DNA from: an uncultured cyanobacterium
Lineage (GTDB): Bacteria; Cyanobacteriota; Cyanobacteriia; Cyanobacteriales; CAWUOF01
Direction: 5' to 3'
DNA: 64,000 nucleotides
NCBI GenBank assembly: GCA_963744145.1
Contig: CAVUSO010000001.1
Coordinates: 4,480,001-4,544,000 of the forward strand
Shown here: positions 54,953 to 64,000 of the stretch, in pieces
Position numbering within the stretch: the stretch's first letter is position 1
Layout of the letters: every line of letters begins with the position of its first letter
Position numbers and translations under genes: made by a program
Notes under the pieces: generated by a model
The model's input: only the letters and a program-made list of their open reading frames with translations
What the model was told of the DNA's origin: nothing
Databases searched by the model: none

Positions 54953-56255
54953 CTGCTAATGCCTCTAGGTTATTAATGCTGGCTTCAAAACGGGAAGTTT
55001 CATCGTCACTTCCGATCATACGCTTTAAAGTGTCAAGTTGATTTCTGGCTAACTCAAGATTGCCTTCTTCTAGTGAATCTTCTATAGAATTGATTTGATC
55101 TTGAGATTTGCGGTTGCGGGGTTCAGTTTCCATTAAATGTTTAAGAATCCAGCTAGAATCTAACCCAAAGGATTGAAGACCTTCTTGAATTACAATAACT
55201 CGGTTGTCTTCTTTTTGAAGTAAAATCAAACCACTGGGGTGAACTTCTCCAATGATTTGTGGTGAATGGGTAGTTGCAATAAATTGGCAATTTGGGAATG
55301 TCTGAGTCAGTTTTTCTACGATTGTTCGTTGCCAGCGTGGATGCAAATGTAGATCGAGTTCATCAATTAACACAACTGCTTTCCCTTGCTCTAATGGGTT
55401 CTCTAATTTAGGATTTGCTTGCGAAAGTCGTCGTGCCAAGTCAAGAATTAATGCTAAGATACCTCGTTCACCGTCTGAAAACAAACGTATATCAAGCTTC
55501 ATTCCTTCTTTATTTAAAAGTAATGTTGTTGTAGGTTCTCTAATAACCTCAAGTCCAGTACAGGTATCAATAAAGTTGGTTACTGCATTGTTTAATACGC
55601 TTAGATGTTTTTCTGCTAATTTTACACCTTCTTTCACCAGTGCTTCTTGAACTAACAACCACTCGGCAAATTCACGAAGGCGTAGTTCGCGATGAGTTAG
55701 TGCATCAGCAAAAGCAGCAGCTTGATTTCCTGCACTACTCTGTTTGCTAGGAGTCGCCATGTTAGCTAATGAACGACGGGTAGAAAAATAGAGTGCTAGT
55801 GGTTGTTGTTCAGCTGCTTTTAGATACTTTAGAATATCTTTTTGCTTCATGCCTTTAAGCTCTTGTGGAAGATGCTTGTCTAAAATCTCTCGAAGACGTT
55901 TTAGTTCAGGTAAATTACCATCGTCGTTTTCGATAGGTTCACTACTATGTTTAATGTTTTTCTCTCGCCATCTTCTGCTTTCGTACTCTAAACTAACACC
56001 AGCTATATTACATACAAGTGAAGTATAAAGCCAATCACGTTCAACAGTAATATCTTTGACATCAAAGTCAAGACGCTTACTTTTAGAAACGCCAACAATG
56101 GGTAGAAGTTGTGAGAGCATAATCCTTATTGCGTCAAGTACAGTGGATTTACCCACACCATTGATGCCAACAAGTAGGTTCATCCCAGGCTGAAACTCAA
56201 ATTCTGCCTGTTCAAAAGCTCGAAAATTAGTAAGTGTAAGGCGGTTAATCTGCAT
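54927..56255 (-). CDS. ABC/AAA ATPase (PtuA-like)
   Basis: Walker A GINGVGKS, signature FSDGE, Walker B/D-loop VLIDELDLHLHPRWQ and H-loop TTHSP. Confidence 0.85.
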   Translation of the reverse strand: MQINRLTLTNFRAFEQAEFEFQPGMNLLVGINGVGKSTVLDAIRIMLSQLLPIVGVSKSKRLDFDVKDITVERDWLYTSLVCNIAGVSLEYESRRWREKNIKHSSEPIENDDGNLPELKRLREILDKHLPQELKGMKQKDILKYLKAAEQQPLALYFSTRRSLANMATPSKQSSAGNQAAAFADALTHRELRLREFAEWLLVQEALVKEGVKLAEKHLSVLNNAVTNFIDTCTGLEVIREPTTTLLLNKEGMKLDIRLFSDGERGILALILDLARRLSQANPKLENPLEQGKAVVLIDELDLHLHPRWQRTIVEKLTQTFPNCQFIATTHSPQIIGEVHPSGLILLQKEDNRVIVIQEGLQSFGLDSSWILKHLMETEPRNRKSQDQINSIEDSLEEGNLELARNQLDTLKRMIGSDDETSRFEASINNLEALADEVDSEEE

Positions 56256-56257
56256 AG

Positions 56258-57529
56258 TTACTCCTTGATTTTAAGTTGTCCGGTGACTGCTGCTGTAATT
56301 AATGATGTTCGACGTTCTTCTAAGAGTTTAATTGTTTTGTCTGTAGCTATTTTTAAAGAATCCAATTTGAAAACTTCATTTTTAATATGAGACACGATAG
56401 AATACTGTTCATTCAAGGGAGGCAATATAATTATTAAGCCACTAATAATTTCTGTATTTAAGTTTTCCATTGTCGTCCCAACAGACATCATAGACAAACT
56501 TTTACCCACAAAAGTATTTAACACCAGTAAAACTAAATATTCAGAATCGATAATTTCTAAATTAGGTCGCACTCTCAGACTACCTGAACCACACAACCAT
56601 CCAACTTCTTGTTGAGTTACCACTCCACATCGTCCAATCTCTCCTCGACGGGCAAAAACGATATCGCCACTCTCTAATTTATGAATTGACAAACGTTTTA
56701 CTGTTTCTTGATCTACAGCTACTTGATAGTCTGGAACAATTTTACCATCAACTAAATGTACAGGATTAATAACTGGAAGACCATCATCAACATAGTCTTC
56801 TGCATGGAGTTGTGTTCCAAAAGGGCCTGTTTGAAGTGATTTACTTACTGTTTTAAGTCTTTGAATTGACCAATGCTCAGGAATTTCTTTCATCCACTCA
56901 ACACCAGAATCTCGCATCGGAACATCAGGATTTAACCCACGAGTTACCGCATGGGTAATGAGGGTACGACGTTTTTCATCCAATAATTCTAGTAATCGTT
57001 TTTTGGCTTTAATTAGCTCATCTATTTTGCCTGTTTTTTGATCAAGATAATTTGCGATCGCTTCCTGAATGGAAAGTGAGTGTAAATTAATCGGAAAATC
57101 GGTAAATTTTTTTCGACTGAGTTCAATTTGATTAGTTGCTCCTTCAGAACATAAAACAGTTAGCGTGTCTTGCTGAATACTAAGGTAATAAAAAAGATAT
57201 TTTGGATAAAATCGTTGCAGTGTATCTCGAATAACAGTAACGTGTCCATCTGCAAATGTAGGTTTTTTAGGTTCTATATCAACAATTGCTACTCGGCCAA
57301 GAGTTCCTGTACCTGTAGAGTTAATTAGAATATCATCTTTGTATATCCAAGATGTAATTTTTTCTATTTCATTAGGATCTTGATATTTAGTTTTTAATAA
57401 ATTTAAACCATCAGGTGAAACACAGGCTTGATTAACAACGTGAATATCGGAATATTCAGTATAAACTGGAGCATCACCACGAGAAATAAAATCAGCAATA
57501 TATTTTAGTTTAAGTATTAAATTATTCAC
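56258..57529 (-). CDS. hsdS: Type I RM specificity subunit S
   Basis: Two TRDs separated by LITHAVTRGL..MRDSGVEW..IPEHW; ends LITAAVTGQ. Confidence 0.92.
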   Translation of the reverse strand: MNNLILKLKYIADFISRGDAPVYTEYSDIHVVNQACVSPDGLNLLKTKYQDPNEIEKITSWIYKDDILINSTGTGTLGRVAIVDIEPKKPTFADGHVTVIRDTLQRFYPKYLFYYLSIQQDTLTVLCSEGATNQIELSRKKFTDFPINLHSLSIQEAIANYLDQKTGKIDELIKAKKRLLELLDEKRRTLITHAVTRGLNPDVPMRDSGVEWMKEIPEHWSIQRLKTVSKSLQTGPFGTQLHAEDYVDDGLPVINPVHLVDGKIVPDYQVAVDQETVKRLSIHKLESGDIVFARRGEIGRCGVVTQQEVGWLCGSGSLRVRPNLEIIDSEYLVLLVLNTFVGKSLSMMSVGTTMENLNTEIISGLIIILPPLNEQYSIVSHIKNEVFKLDSLKIATDKTIKLLEERRTSLITAAVTGQLKIKE

Positions 57530-59553
57530 TTTGTCACCTCCTGCAATAACCTAATAATCTCCTCTTCCATCTGTTTAATATCTGCATCAATTTCAGCTAA
57601 TGGACGAGGGGGCGTATATTTGTAAAAATAGCGATTAAAATTAATCTCATAAGCAATTCTAATATTTTCTCCATCTGCCCAAGCATCAGCAACATGAGGT
57701 TCAATTTCTTCAAGAAAATAACGGATAATTTCATCTTGTAAATTAATATTTTCAAAGTCTCTTAACTTCGAGTCTGCTTCATACATCCGTTCTATTTTTT
57801 TACCAGGAACAGGAAACCATCCCCAAACACGAGAGTTAGGTTCACCTGTGACCTTACGTTCCTTCAAAATAACAGGTTTTGCCTCTATTTCTCGTTCTGT
57901 AAATACATCTTTAAATAGCTTTTGTTCAACTTTTTTCCAACGACTACTACGCTGCTTTAATAAATCCGTCATTAACCGATCAAATTCACTCCAATCAGAA
58001 CGAGGTTCGCGTCCCAATTCTCGATCGATTGCTTGAACATCATCTAATAAGTGGGGAACGGCATCCAGAAAACGACTTTTGCGATCGAGATTCATTTGAT
58101 AGAGTAAACGTAGGGGTCGTTCAATGGGAACGCGGTGATAACCAAAATCCTCATTATCAAAAATCTTGCTGGTTTCACTTTCGACAAATTTCCCATATTC
58201 ACGCACCACAATAGCAATATCTTCTTCACCCATATAACGGCGTTTATCTCCTAAACTACGTCGCATCGGTTGCCAACAGTGACGAGCATCAATCAGTTGA
58301 ATTTTGCCTTTACGGTGTTTCTGTTTCCGGTTGGTAACAATCCAAATATAAGTACCAATTCCTGTGTTATAAAACATCTGTTCAGGTAGAGCAATAATCG
58401 CTTCTAACCAATCACTTTCGATAATCCATTTGCGAATTTCACTTTCACCACTCCCAGCACCTCCTGTAAATAAAGGTGAACCATTAAATACAATGGCAAG
58501 ACGAGAACCATTTTTATGATTTTCAGGTTGATAGAGTTCAAATTTCCTAATTTGATGCTGTAAAAACAACAGCGAACCATCATTAACTCTAGGCAACCCT
58601 GCCCCAAAACGTCCGGCAAAACCTAGCTTTTCATGTTCTCGTTTCACTTCCTTTTGCTGTCTCTTCCAGTCCACACCAAAAGGGGGATTTGCTAGAAAAT
58701 ACTCAAAGGTTTCATCAGGGTATTTATCATCAATTAAAGAGTCGCCAAACTGAATAGAACTTTTTTCATTTTCCTTCATTAATAAGTCTGAAGCGGCAAT
58801 GGCATAAGCACGGGGATTAAAATCTTGACCAAAAACCCAGAGTTGTGCTTCTTTATTATTTTCTCGTAAATAATTTTGAGCTTCTGCTAACATTCCCCCC
58901 GTACCACAAGTGGGGTCAAGGAGTTTGCAAATTACGGATTTAGTCAGAATATCATCATCAGGATCGAATAAAATATCAACCATTAAGCGGATGACTTCTC
59001 GTGGTGTAAAGTGGTCCCCTGCGGTTTCGTTGGCAGTTTCATTAAAACGACGAATTAAGTCTTCAAAAACTGACCCCATTGCAATGTTATCTACTCGATC
59101 GGGGTGTAAATCTACATCGCAAAACTTCGAGATGACTAGATAGAGGATGTTCGCCTCATTCATCTTTTCAATTTCTGCGGTAAACTCGAAACGTTCAAAG
59201 ATTTCGCAGATATTTTTTGAGAAACTATTGATATAGTTCACTAAATGTTTATCAATATTATTCGGATCGCCTTTGAGCTTTTCAAAGGTGAGTTCAGAAC
59301 GATTGTAAAAGCGTTGTCCTGCTGCTTTATTAAGCATAGAATCGAGAGCATCATCTTTTAATCGATCTTTGTATTGCTGATATTTAGTTAAAACGTCCTG
59401 TTTAGTGGGTGCAAGTACGCAGTCAAAACGGCGTAACACCGTCATTGGTAGCATAACTCGTTCATATTGCGGAGGTCGATAGGGACCACGTAAAAGATCG
59501 GCTATTTGCCAGATAAAATTAGAAAGTTGGTGATGATCAGCCATTTGTTGCAA
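57526..59553 (-). CDS. hsdM: Type I RM methyltransferase subunit M
   Basis: Motifs FIWQIADLLRG, HFTPREV, DPTCGTGG and NPPF. Confidence 0.95.
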   Translation of the reverse strand: MQQMADHHQLSNFIWQIADLLRGPYRPPQYERVMLPMTVLRRFDCVLAPTKQDVLTKYQQYKDRLKDDALDSMLNKAAGQRFYNRSELTFEKLKGDPNNIDKHLVNYINSFSKNICEIFERFEFTAEIEKMNEANILYLVISKFCDVDLHPDRVDNIAMGSVFEDLIRRFNETANETAGDHFTPREVIRLMVDILFDPDDDILTKSVICKLLDPTCGTGGMLAEAQNYLRENNKEAQLWVFGQDFNPRAYAIAASDLLMKENEKSSIQFGDSLIDDKYPDETFEYFLANPPFGVDWKRQQKEVKREHEKLGFAGRFGAGLPRVNDGSLLFLQHQIRKFELYQPENHKNGSRLAIVFNGSPLFTGGAGSGESEIRKWIIESDWLEAIIALPEQMFYNTGIGTYIWIVTNRKQKHRKGKIQLIDARHCWQPMRRSLGDKRRYMGEEDIAIVVREYGKFVESETSKIFDNEDFGYHRVPIERPLRLLYQMNLDRKSRFLDAVPHLLDDVQAIDRELGREPRSDWSEFDRLMTDLLKQRSSRWKKVEQKLFKDVFTEREIEAKPVILKERKVTGEPNSRVWGWFPVPGKKIERMYEADSKLRDFENINLQDEIIRYFLEEIEPHVADAWADGENIRIAYEINFNRYFYKYTPPRPLAEIDADIKQMEEEIIRLLQEVTK

Positions 59554-59675
59554 ATCCTTCGCTCAATTCACCCAAAGTGGGAGTCTCTATCGAATTTTCC
59601 TGTTTTGCTGTAATTGTTTGATTATGATTATTCTGAAAATTAATTCCGTCTGTACTTTGAGTCCTATCTACAAAA

Positions 59676-60134
59676 TTAAACTATGCGATCGCCTGTGGTA
59701 GCAAAACTGCTGAGATTATCGCGTAAGCGTTGATGAATGCGATCGCTCCAAAACGGTACAACAGACAAACCCTGATTAATTGTTTGCAAGGCTAAATCGC
59801 TGTTAAAATCGACTAAACACCGCTGTTTTGAATCCATTAACAACATAAAACGCTTCATTTGCTGTTCTGATAACGATTGCCCAAATAACCATGACTCATT
59901 GGTTTTGAGAATTTCCAGAATTTCCCGACAAACCTCAAAACTCAACCCGATAGAGAGTAAATATTCCATCACCGTCAGCCCCAATAGGTCAGCTACAGAA
60001 TAATAAACATTGCGACCCTTACCAATCGGGTTCACTGTGGGCACAATAACCCCTTTCTCGCGCCAATACTGCAATTGCCGCCGAGAGCATCCGGTAATCT
60101 GTGCCGCTTCTGTACTGGTGTAGAAATTATCCAT
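59676..60134 (-). CDS. cvkR: MerR-family regulator, CvkR-like (CAST V-K repressor)
   Basis: MerR HTH (TGCSRRQLQYWREKG..GRNVYYS), divergent from the cas12k start. Confidence 0.8.
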   Translation of the reverse strand: MDNFYTSTEAAQITGCSRRQLQYWREKGVIVPTVNPIGKGRNVYYSVADLLGLTVMEYLLSIGLSFEVCREILEILKTNESWLFGQSLSEQQMKRFMLLMDSKQRCLVDFNSDLALQTINQGLSVVPFWSDRIHQRLRDNLSSFATTGDRIV

Positions 60135-60181
60135 AGATTTTTATAATACTTAACTTCGTGCAAAATAATTTGAGAATTTTA

Positions 60182-60215
60182 AACACATAGTGTGTTCTTG
60201 TGCTACTATATTTTG
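60182..60215 (+). promoter_or_regulatory. CvkR-box-like palindrome plus -10 element of a probably leaderless cas12k promoter
   Basis: AACACATAGTGTGTT (60182-60196) differs at one position from the recalled CvkR motif AnnACATnATGTnnT. TACTAT at 60204-60209 lies 6 nt before the ATG at 60216. Confidence 0.65.
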
Positions 60216-60266
60216 ATGAGTCAAATAACTATTCAATGCCGTTTAATTGCCAAAGAATCCAGCCAA
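60216..60266 (+). pseudogene. cas12k: cas12k 5' remnant (about 16 codons)
   Basis: MSQITIQCRLIAKES matches the typical Cas12k N-terminus and is fused directly to a CRISPR repeat. Confidence 0.85.
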
Positions 60267-60303
60267 GTTTCAACCACCATTTCAGCTAGGGGTGGTTTAA
60301 AAG
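60267..60303 (+). CRISPR. Single degenerate 37-nt type V-K CRISPR repeat
   Basis: gtttcaaccaccatttcagctaggggtggtttaaaag: 37 nt, aaccacc/ggtggtt stem, end resembling GTTGAAAG. There is only one copy, so this is not an array. Confidence 0.7.
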
Positions 60304-60433
60304 TCTATAAGGATATGGGCGTAGTCGTCACTGGCAACTAAACGAGAATAATTTGTCCCAAAGACATTTAACTTGTCTCGACGACAGTAATTTGTCCCCG
60401 ACGACATTTAATTAGTCACTGTACAGAACCTAA

Positions 60434-60504
60434 AGCGGGCAGCGGGAATCGAACCCGCATCTTTAGCTTGGAAGGCTAAGGTTTTACCACTAAACCATGC
60501 CCGC
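60434..60504 (-). tRNA. tRNA-Gly(TCC)
   Basis: gcgggcatggtttagtggtaaaaccttagcctTCCaagctaaagatgcgggttcgattcccgctgcccgct. Confidence 0.96.
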
Positions 60505-60604
60505 GATAATCACGTTTATTCAATATAGCACAGACTTCAACAATAATAACAGACTTTTTCAAAAATTTGTTCAAATTCCTGTCAAATTCTCCCAAACCCT
60601 TCAT

Positions 60605-61630
60605 TTACAAAGGTTCGAGGATAACTGACATTTCCAGCAAACTGTCAACGGGTTTACCACCGAGATAAGCTGGGACAAATTGCCAATCGGTGATCATTTT
60701 TTTGATTAACTGTTGTTCATCTACACCAGTAGGACCTTTGATGATCTGAATATAATTGGGATCAGGTTGTCCTGAACTATGGATTAGTAACCGTAAGGTG
60801 GCAACTTGACCAAAACTTTTTTCGGTTGATGATATATACTTGAGAGTGGGAAATTTGGCAATGGTTTGTTTTGGATGGGCTGATTGATCAGGAAGATCGT
60901 GATTTCCATTACCAAGTCGAAAGTTTTGGATCGTTAGGGACACACCTTGACCACCCTGACCACTTTTTCCCTGAGCTGGTACTGGTTGCGATCGCGTTTT
61001 CGATGGTTCTACCTGAGTAGATTTAGTTTTATTTCCTGAATTACTATTACTTTCTAAAGATTTACCCTGATTGATCAGTTGCTTCTGGTTTCCTGATGGT
61101 GATATTACTTTCGGTAAATCAGATTTTTTCGGTGGAACTAATTCTTTACTGCGATTTTCTGGTCTTAAAGATCCTGTTCCTGACTGATTATTACTGGAAT
61201 TAGGGATTTTCTTTGGTGCTACTTCTGGGACAGGAGCTGGTAAATTTTTGGTAGGGACAGATTTTGATACTTGTGAATCAGATTTTACCCGATTAGGTAC
61301 TAATGATTTAGATAAAGGTTTAGGAGGAACAAGACTGGAAGAAACAGGGGTTTTTTGAGAAGATACAAATTTATTATTACTAGATAATTGAGGTGTTTTT
61401 CCGATTAGCTGGTCTCCATCAATAGATAAGACTGGAATTAGATCGGTAGGGAGATTAGCTGATTGGTTTGTTTCCGTTGTTAGATATTTACCAATTAGCC
61501 AAAATCCAAATAAATGTAAACTAATTGAAACTAAAATTAGCCCTAACCACAAAGTGGGAGAATGATCAGTTGACTGATATTGATGACCTGGTTTAAATAG
61601 AGAAGATGTCATAATCAGAAAATATATCAA
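60605..61630 (-). CDS. TonB-like protein (TM anchor, Pro/Ser/Lys-rich linker, C-terminal domain)
   Basis: SISLH anchor, low-complexity linker and WQFVPA..GKPV. Confidence 0.6.
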   Translation of the reverse strand: MIYFLIMTSSLFKPGHQYQSTDHSPTLWLGLILVSISLHLFGFWLIGKYLTTETNQSANLPTDLIPVLSIDGDQLIGKTPQLSSNNKFVSSQKTPVSSSLVPPKPLSKSLVPNRVKSDSQVSKSVPTKNLPAPVPEVAPKKIPNSSNNQSGTGSLRPENRSKELVPPKKSDLPKVISPSGNQKQLINQGKSLESNSNSGNKTKSTQVEPSKTRSQPVPAQGKSGQGGQGVSLTIQNFRLGNGNHDLPDQSAHPKQTIAKFPTLKYISSTEKSFGQVATLRLLIHSSGQPDPNYIQIIKGPTGVDEQQLIKKMITDWQFVPAYLGGKPVDSLLEMSVILEPL

Positions 61631-61712
61631 CTAGCAATTACCACATCGCGATCGCCCATCTTTACGGAAAAAATTTTCATCTAGATGGTGCGATCGCAAG
61701 CATAGCTAGAAC

Positions 61713-62714
<1,002 letters not shown>

Positions 62715-62804
62715 TTATTTTATCTGGCGATCGGCTCAAAATTATCAATTCAGTTGATTACCCTACCTAGGGAAAGCAATTATTTTAGAGCGATCGCAAG
62801 GATT

Positions 62805-62896
62805 GACCTCTCCCCCAACCCCTCTCCTAAAAGGAAAGGGGAGCAAGAATGATCTTTCTCCCTATCCCTAGTGGGAAGGGGGTTGGGGGGTTAGGT
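62805..62896. repeat. Pair of inverted C-rich/G-rich dispersed repeats
   Basis: acctctcccccaacccctctcc..ggggag followed by ctccc..gggaagggggttgggggttaggt. Confidence 0.75.
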
Positions 62897-62935
62897 TTTC
62901 ACTAACTTCATCGAAACTTGGTATAATCCATCTAA

Positions 62936-63691
62936 TTAATAGCTAATTTCTAGACTTACAGAAGCTTCTACTTTCTGTTGACCCCCAACTACTGGAGTGA
63001 TAGCAGCATCAGGGCTATTTTGCAATTTAGCCCTATTGGCAAATACTGGTAAAGGGGAAATTGCCTGAACATTATTAATAGCAATATTAATGATTTCTCG
63101 ACGAGTCAGATTGAGAGCAGATAGCACTATATCAGCTTGCTTTTGAGCATCTTGAGTTGCAGCAATGAGAGCTTGTTTTTGAGCATTGGCGATCGCGTCA
63201 TCTGTAGCAGTAAAATTAATCCCATCAACCCGAGTTGCACCAGCTTTGACTGCTTCATCGATCAGGGCTCCAGCGTTTTCCGTATTAGTGCGAAAACTCA
63301 CCATGTTATTAGCACTATATCCAGTTAGAGTCTGCACATTGTTTTCATAACTATAGACGGGATTAAGATTAATTCCTGTAGTTTCTAGTTGTTCAACGTT
63401 GCGAGATTTCAGCAGGTTGACTACTGCTTGCGATCGCTGTGCTACGTCTTGTTGTACTTCATTTACAGTTTTTCCCTGTACTTCAACTCCTAGACGTACT
63501 TGAGAAATTGTAGTGGGAATATGGACGATTCCGTTTCCGGTCACGTTGAGGGTTCTAATTCTTTGTTCTTGGGCTATAGCTGGACTCCATGCACTAATGC
63601 TCACTATACCTAATGCTAATGATAAGGCTGTCACATTACTCCATAAATTAAAGCGGTACACAGGTTTTTGATTACTATTCATCTTGTTCAA
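62936..63691 (-). CDS. SIMPL-domain (DUF541) periplasmic protein
   Basis: Signal peptide, TLNVTGNG and AVKAGATRVDGINF. Confidence 0.88.
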   Translation of the reverse strand: MNKMNSNQKPVYRFNLWSNVTALSLALGIVSISAWSPAIAQEQRIRTLNVTGNGIVHIPTTISQVRLGVEVQGKTVNEVQQDVAQRSQAVVNLLKSRNVEQLETTGINLNPVYSYENNVQTLTGYSANNMVSFRTNTENAGALIDEAVKAGATRVDGINFTATDDAIANAQKQALIAATQDAQKQADIVLSALNLTRREIINIAINNVQAISPLPVFANRAKLQNSPDAAITPVVGGQQKVEASVSLEISY

Positions 63692-63820
63692 TCATCTAAG
63701 TGGTATATTTTAACTATGTCAGCTAATTTTGCTTTAGGTGGATGGGTTACACTTTTTGAAACTAACAACGGAGATTTTTCGTATATATACCATATAATTT
63801 AACAAATTTTACCTAAAATA

Positions 63821-64000
63821 ATGAGTCAAACCACCGATTTCCTGCATTCTCTCAATCCCAGTCAACGTCAATCCGTTGAACACTTTTGTGGACCATTATT
63901 AGTTGTTGCTGGAGCTGGTTCGGGTAAAACTCGGGCTCTAACCTACCGGGTTGCGAACTTAATTCGGACTCATCATGTGAATCCGGAAAATATTCTGGCT
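63821..64000 (+). CDS. pcrA: UvrD/PcrA DNA helicase, 5' part (runs off the window)
   Basis: [43 protein letters not shown]. Confidence 0.88.
   Translation, partial: MSQTTDFLHSLNPSQRQSVEHFCGPLLVVAGAGSGKTRALTYRVANLIRTHHVNPENILA

Larger units (their letters stand above)
50773..60425. mobile_element. Decayed type V-K CRISPR-associated Tn7-like transposon (CAST) beside tRNA-Gly, carrying defence cargo
   Basis: Ends tAtacagtgactaatta (50773) and taattagtcactgtaca (60425, with stacked gac-N-tgtc TnsB-type sites), plus remnants of tnsB, tniQ, cas12k, one CRISPR repeat and an intact MerR-type regulator. Confidence 0.88.

Noticed and set aside
54266..56255. Retron system
   Set aside because: No reverse transcriptase or msr/msd-like region is nearby.
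60304..60340. Sequence after the lone repeat as a tRNA-homing spacer
   Set aside because: No match to tRNA-Gly or tRNA-Ala was visible, and it runs into the TnsB-binding sites of the transposon end.

Overview
Cyanobacterial chromosome window (abundant HIP1 GCGATCGC; chlG, por, ndhH, petP, pmgA) that mixes housekeeping genes with several defence and mobile modules. (1) A type III-B-variant CRISPR effector operon (cas10-cmr3-cmr4-cmr5-cmr6/cmr1 fusion) with a divergent WYL regulator. The cmr6 fusion has an in-frame TGA. No array, cas6 or cas1/2 is in the window. (2) A collapsed double toxin-antitoxin locus whose DUF1778 antitoxin is split by an IS605-type element (frameshifted tnpA, intact tnpB). 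(3) The dndCDE DNA phosphorothioation genes after tRNA-Ala. (4) Partner-switching (STAS/anti-sigma/SpoIIE) genes and a second, tnpB-only IS200/IS605 element. (5) A decayed type V-K CRISPR-associated transposon of about 9.65 kb (50773-60425) next to tRNA-Gly. Only fragments of tnsB, tniQ, cas12k and one CRISPR repeat remain, and two deletion junctions fall on HIP1 sites. Its cvkR regulator and cargo are intact; the cargo is a type I restriction-modification operon with a Septu-like PtuA/PtuB ATPase-HNH pair between hsdS and hsdR. Several MITEs and nested short repeats lie in intergenic regions. All family assignments come from motif recognition by eye; no database searches were run.
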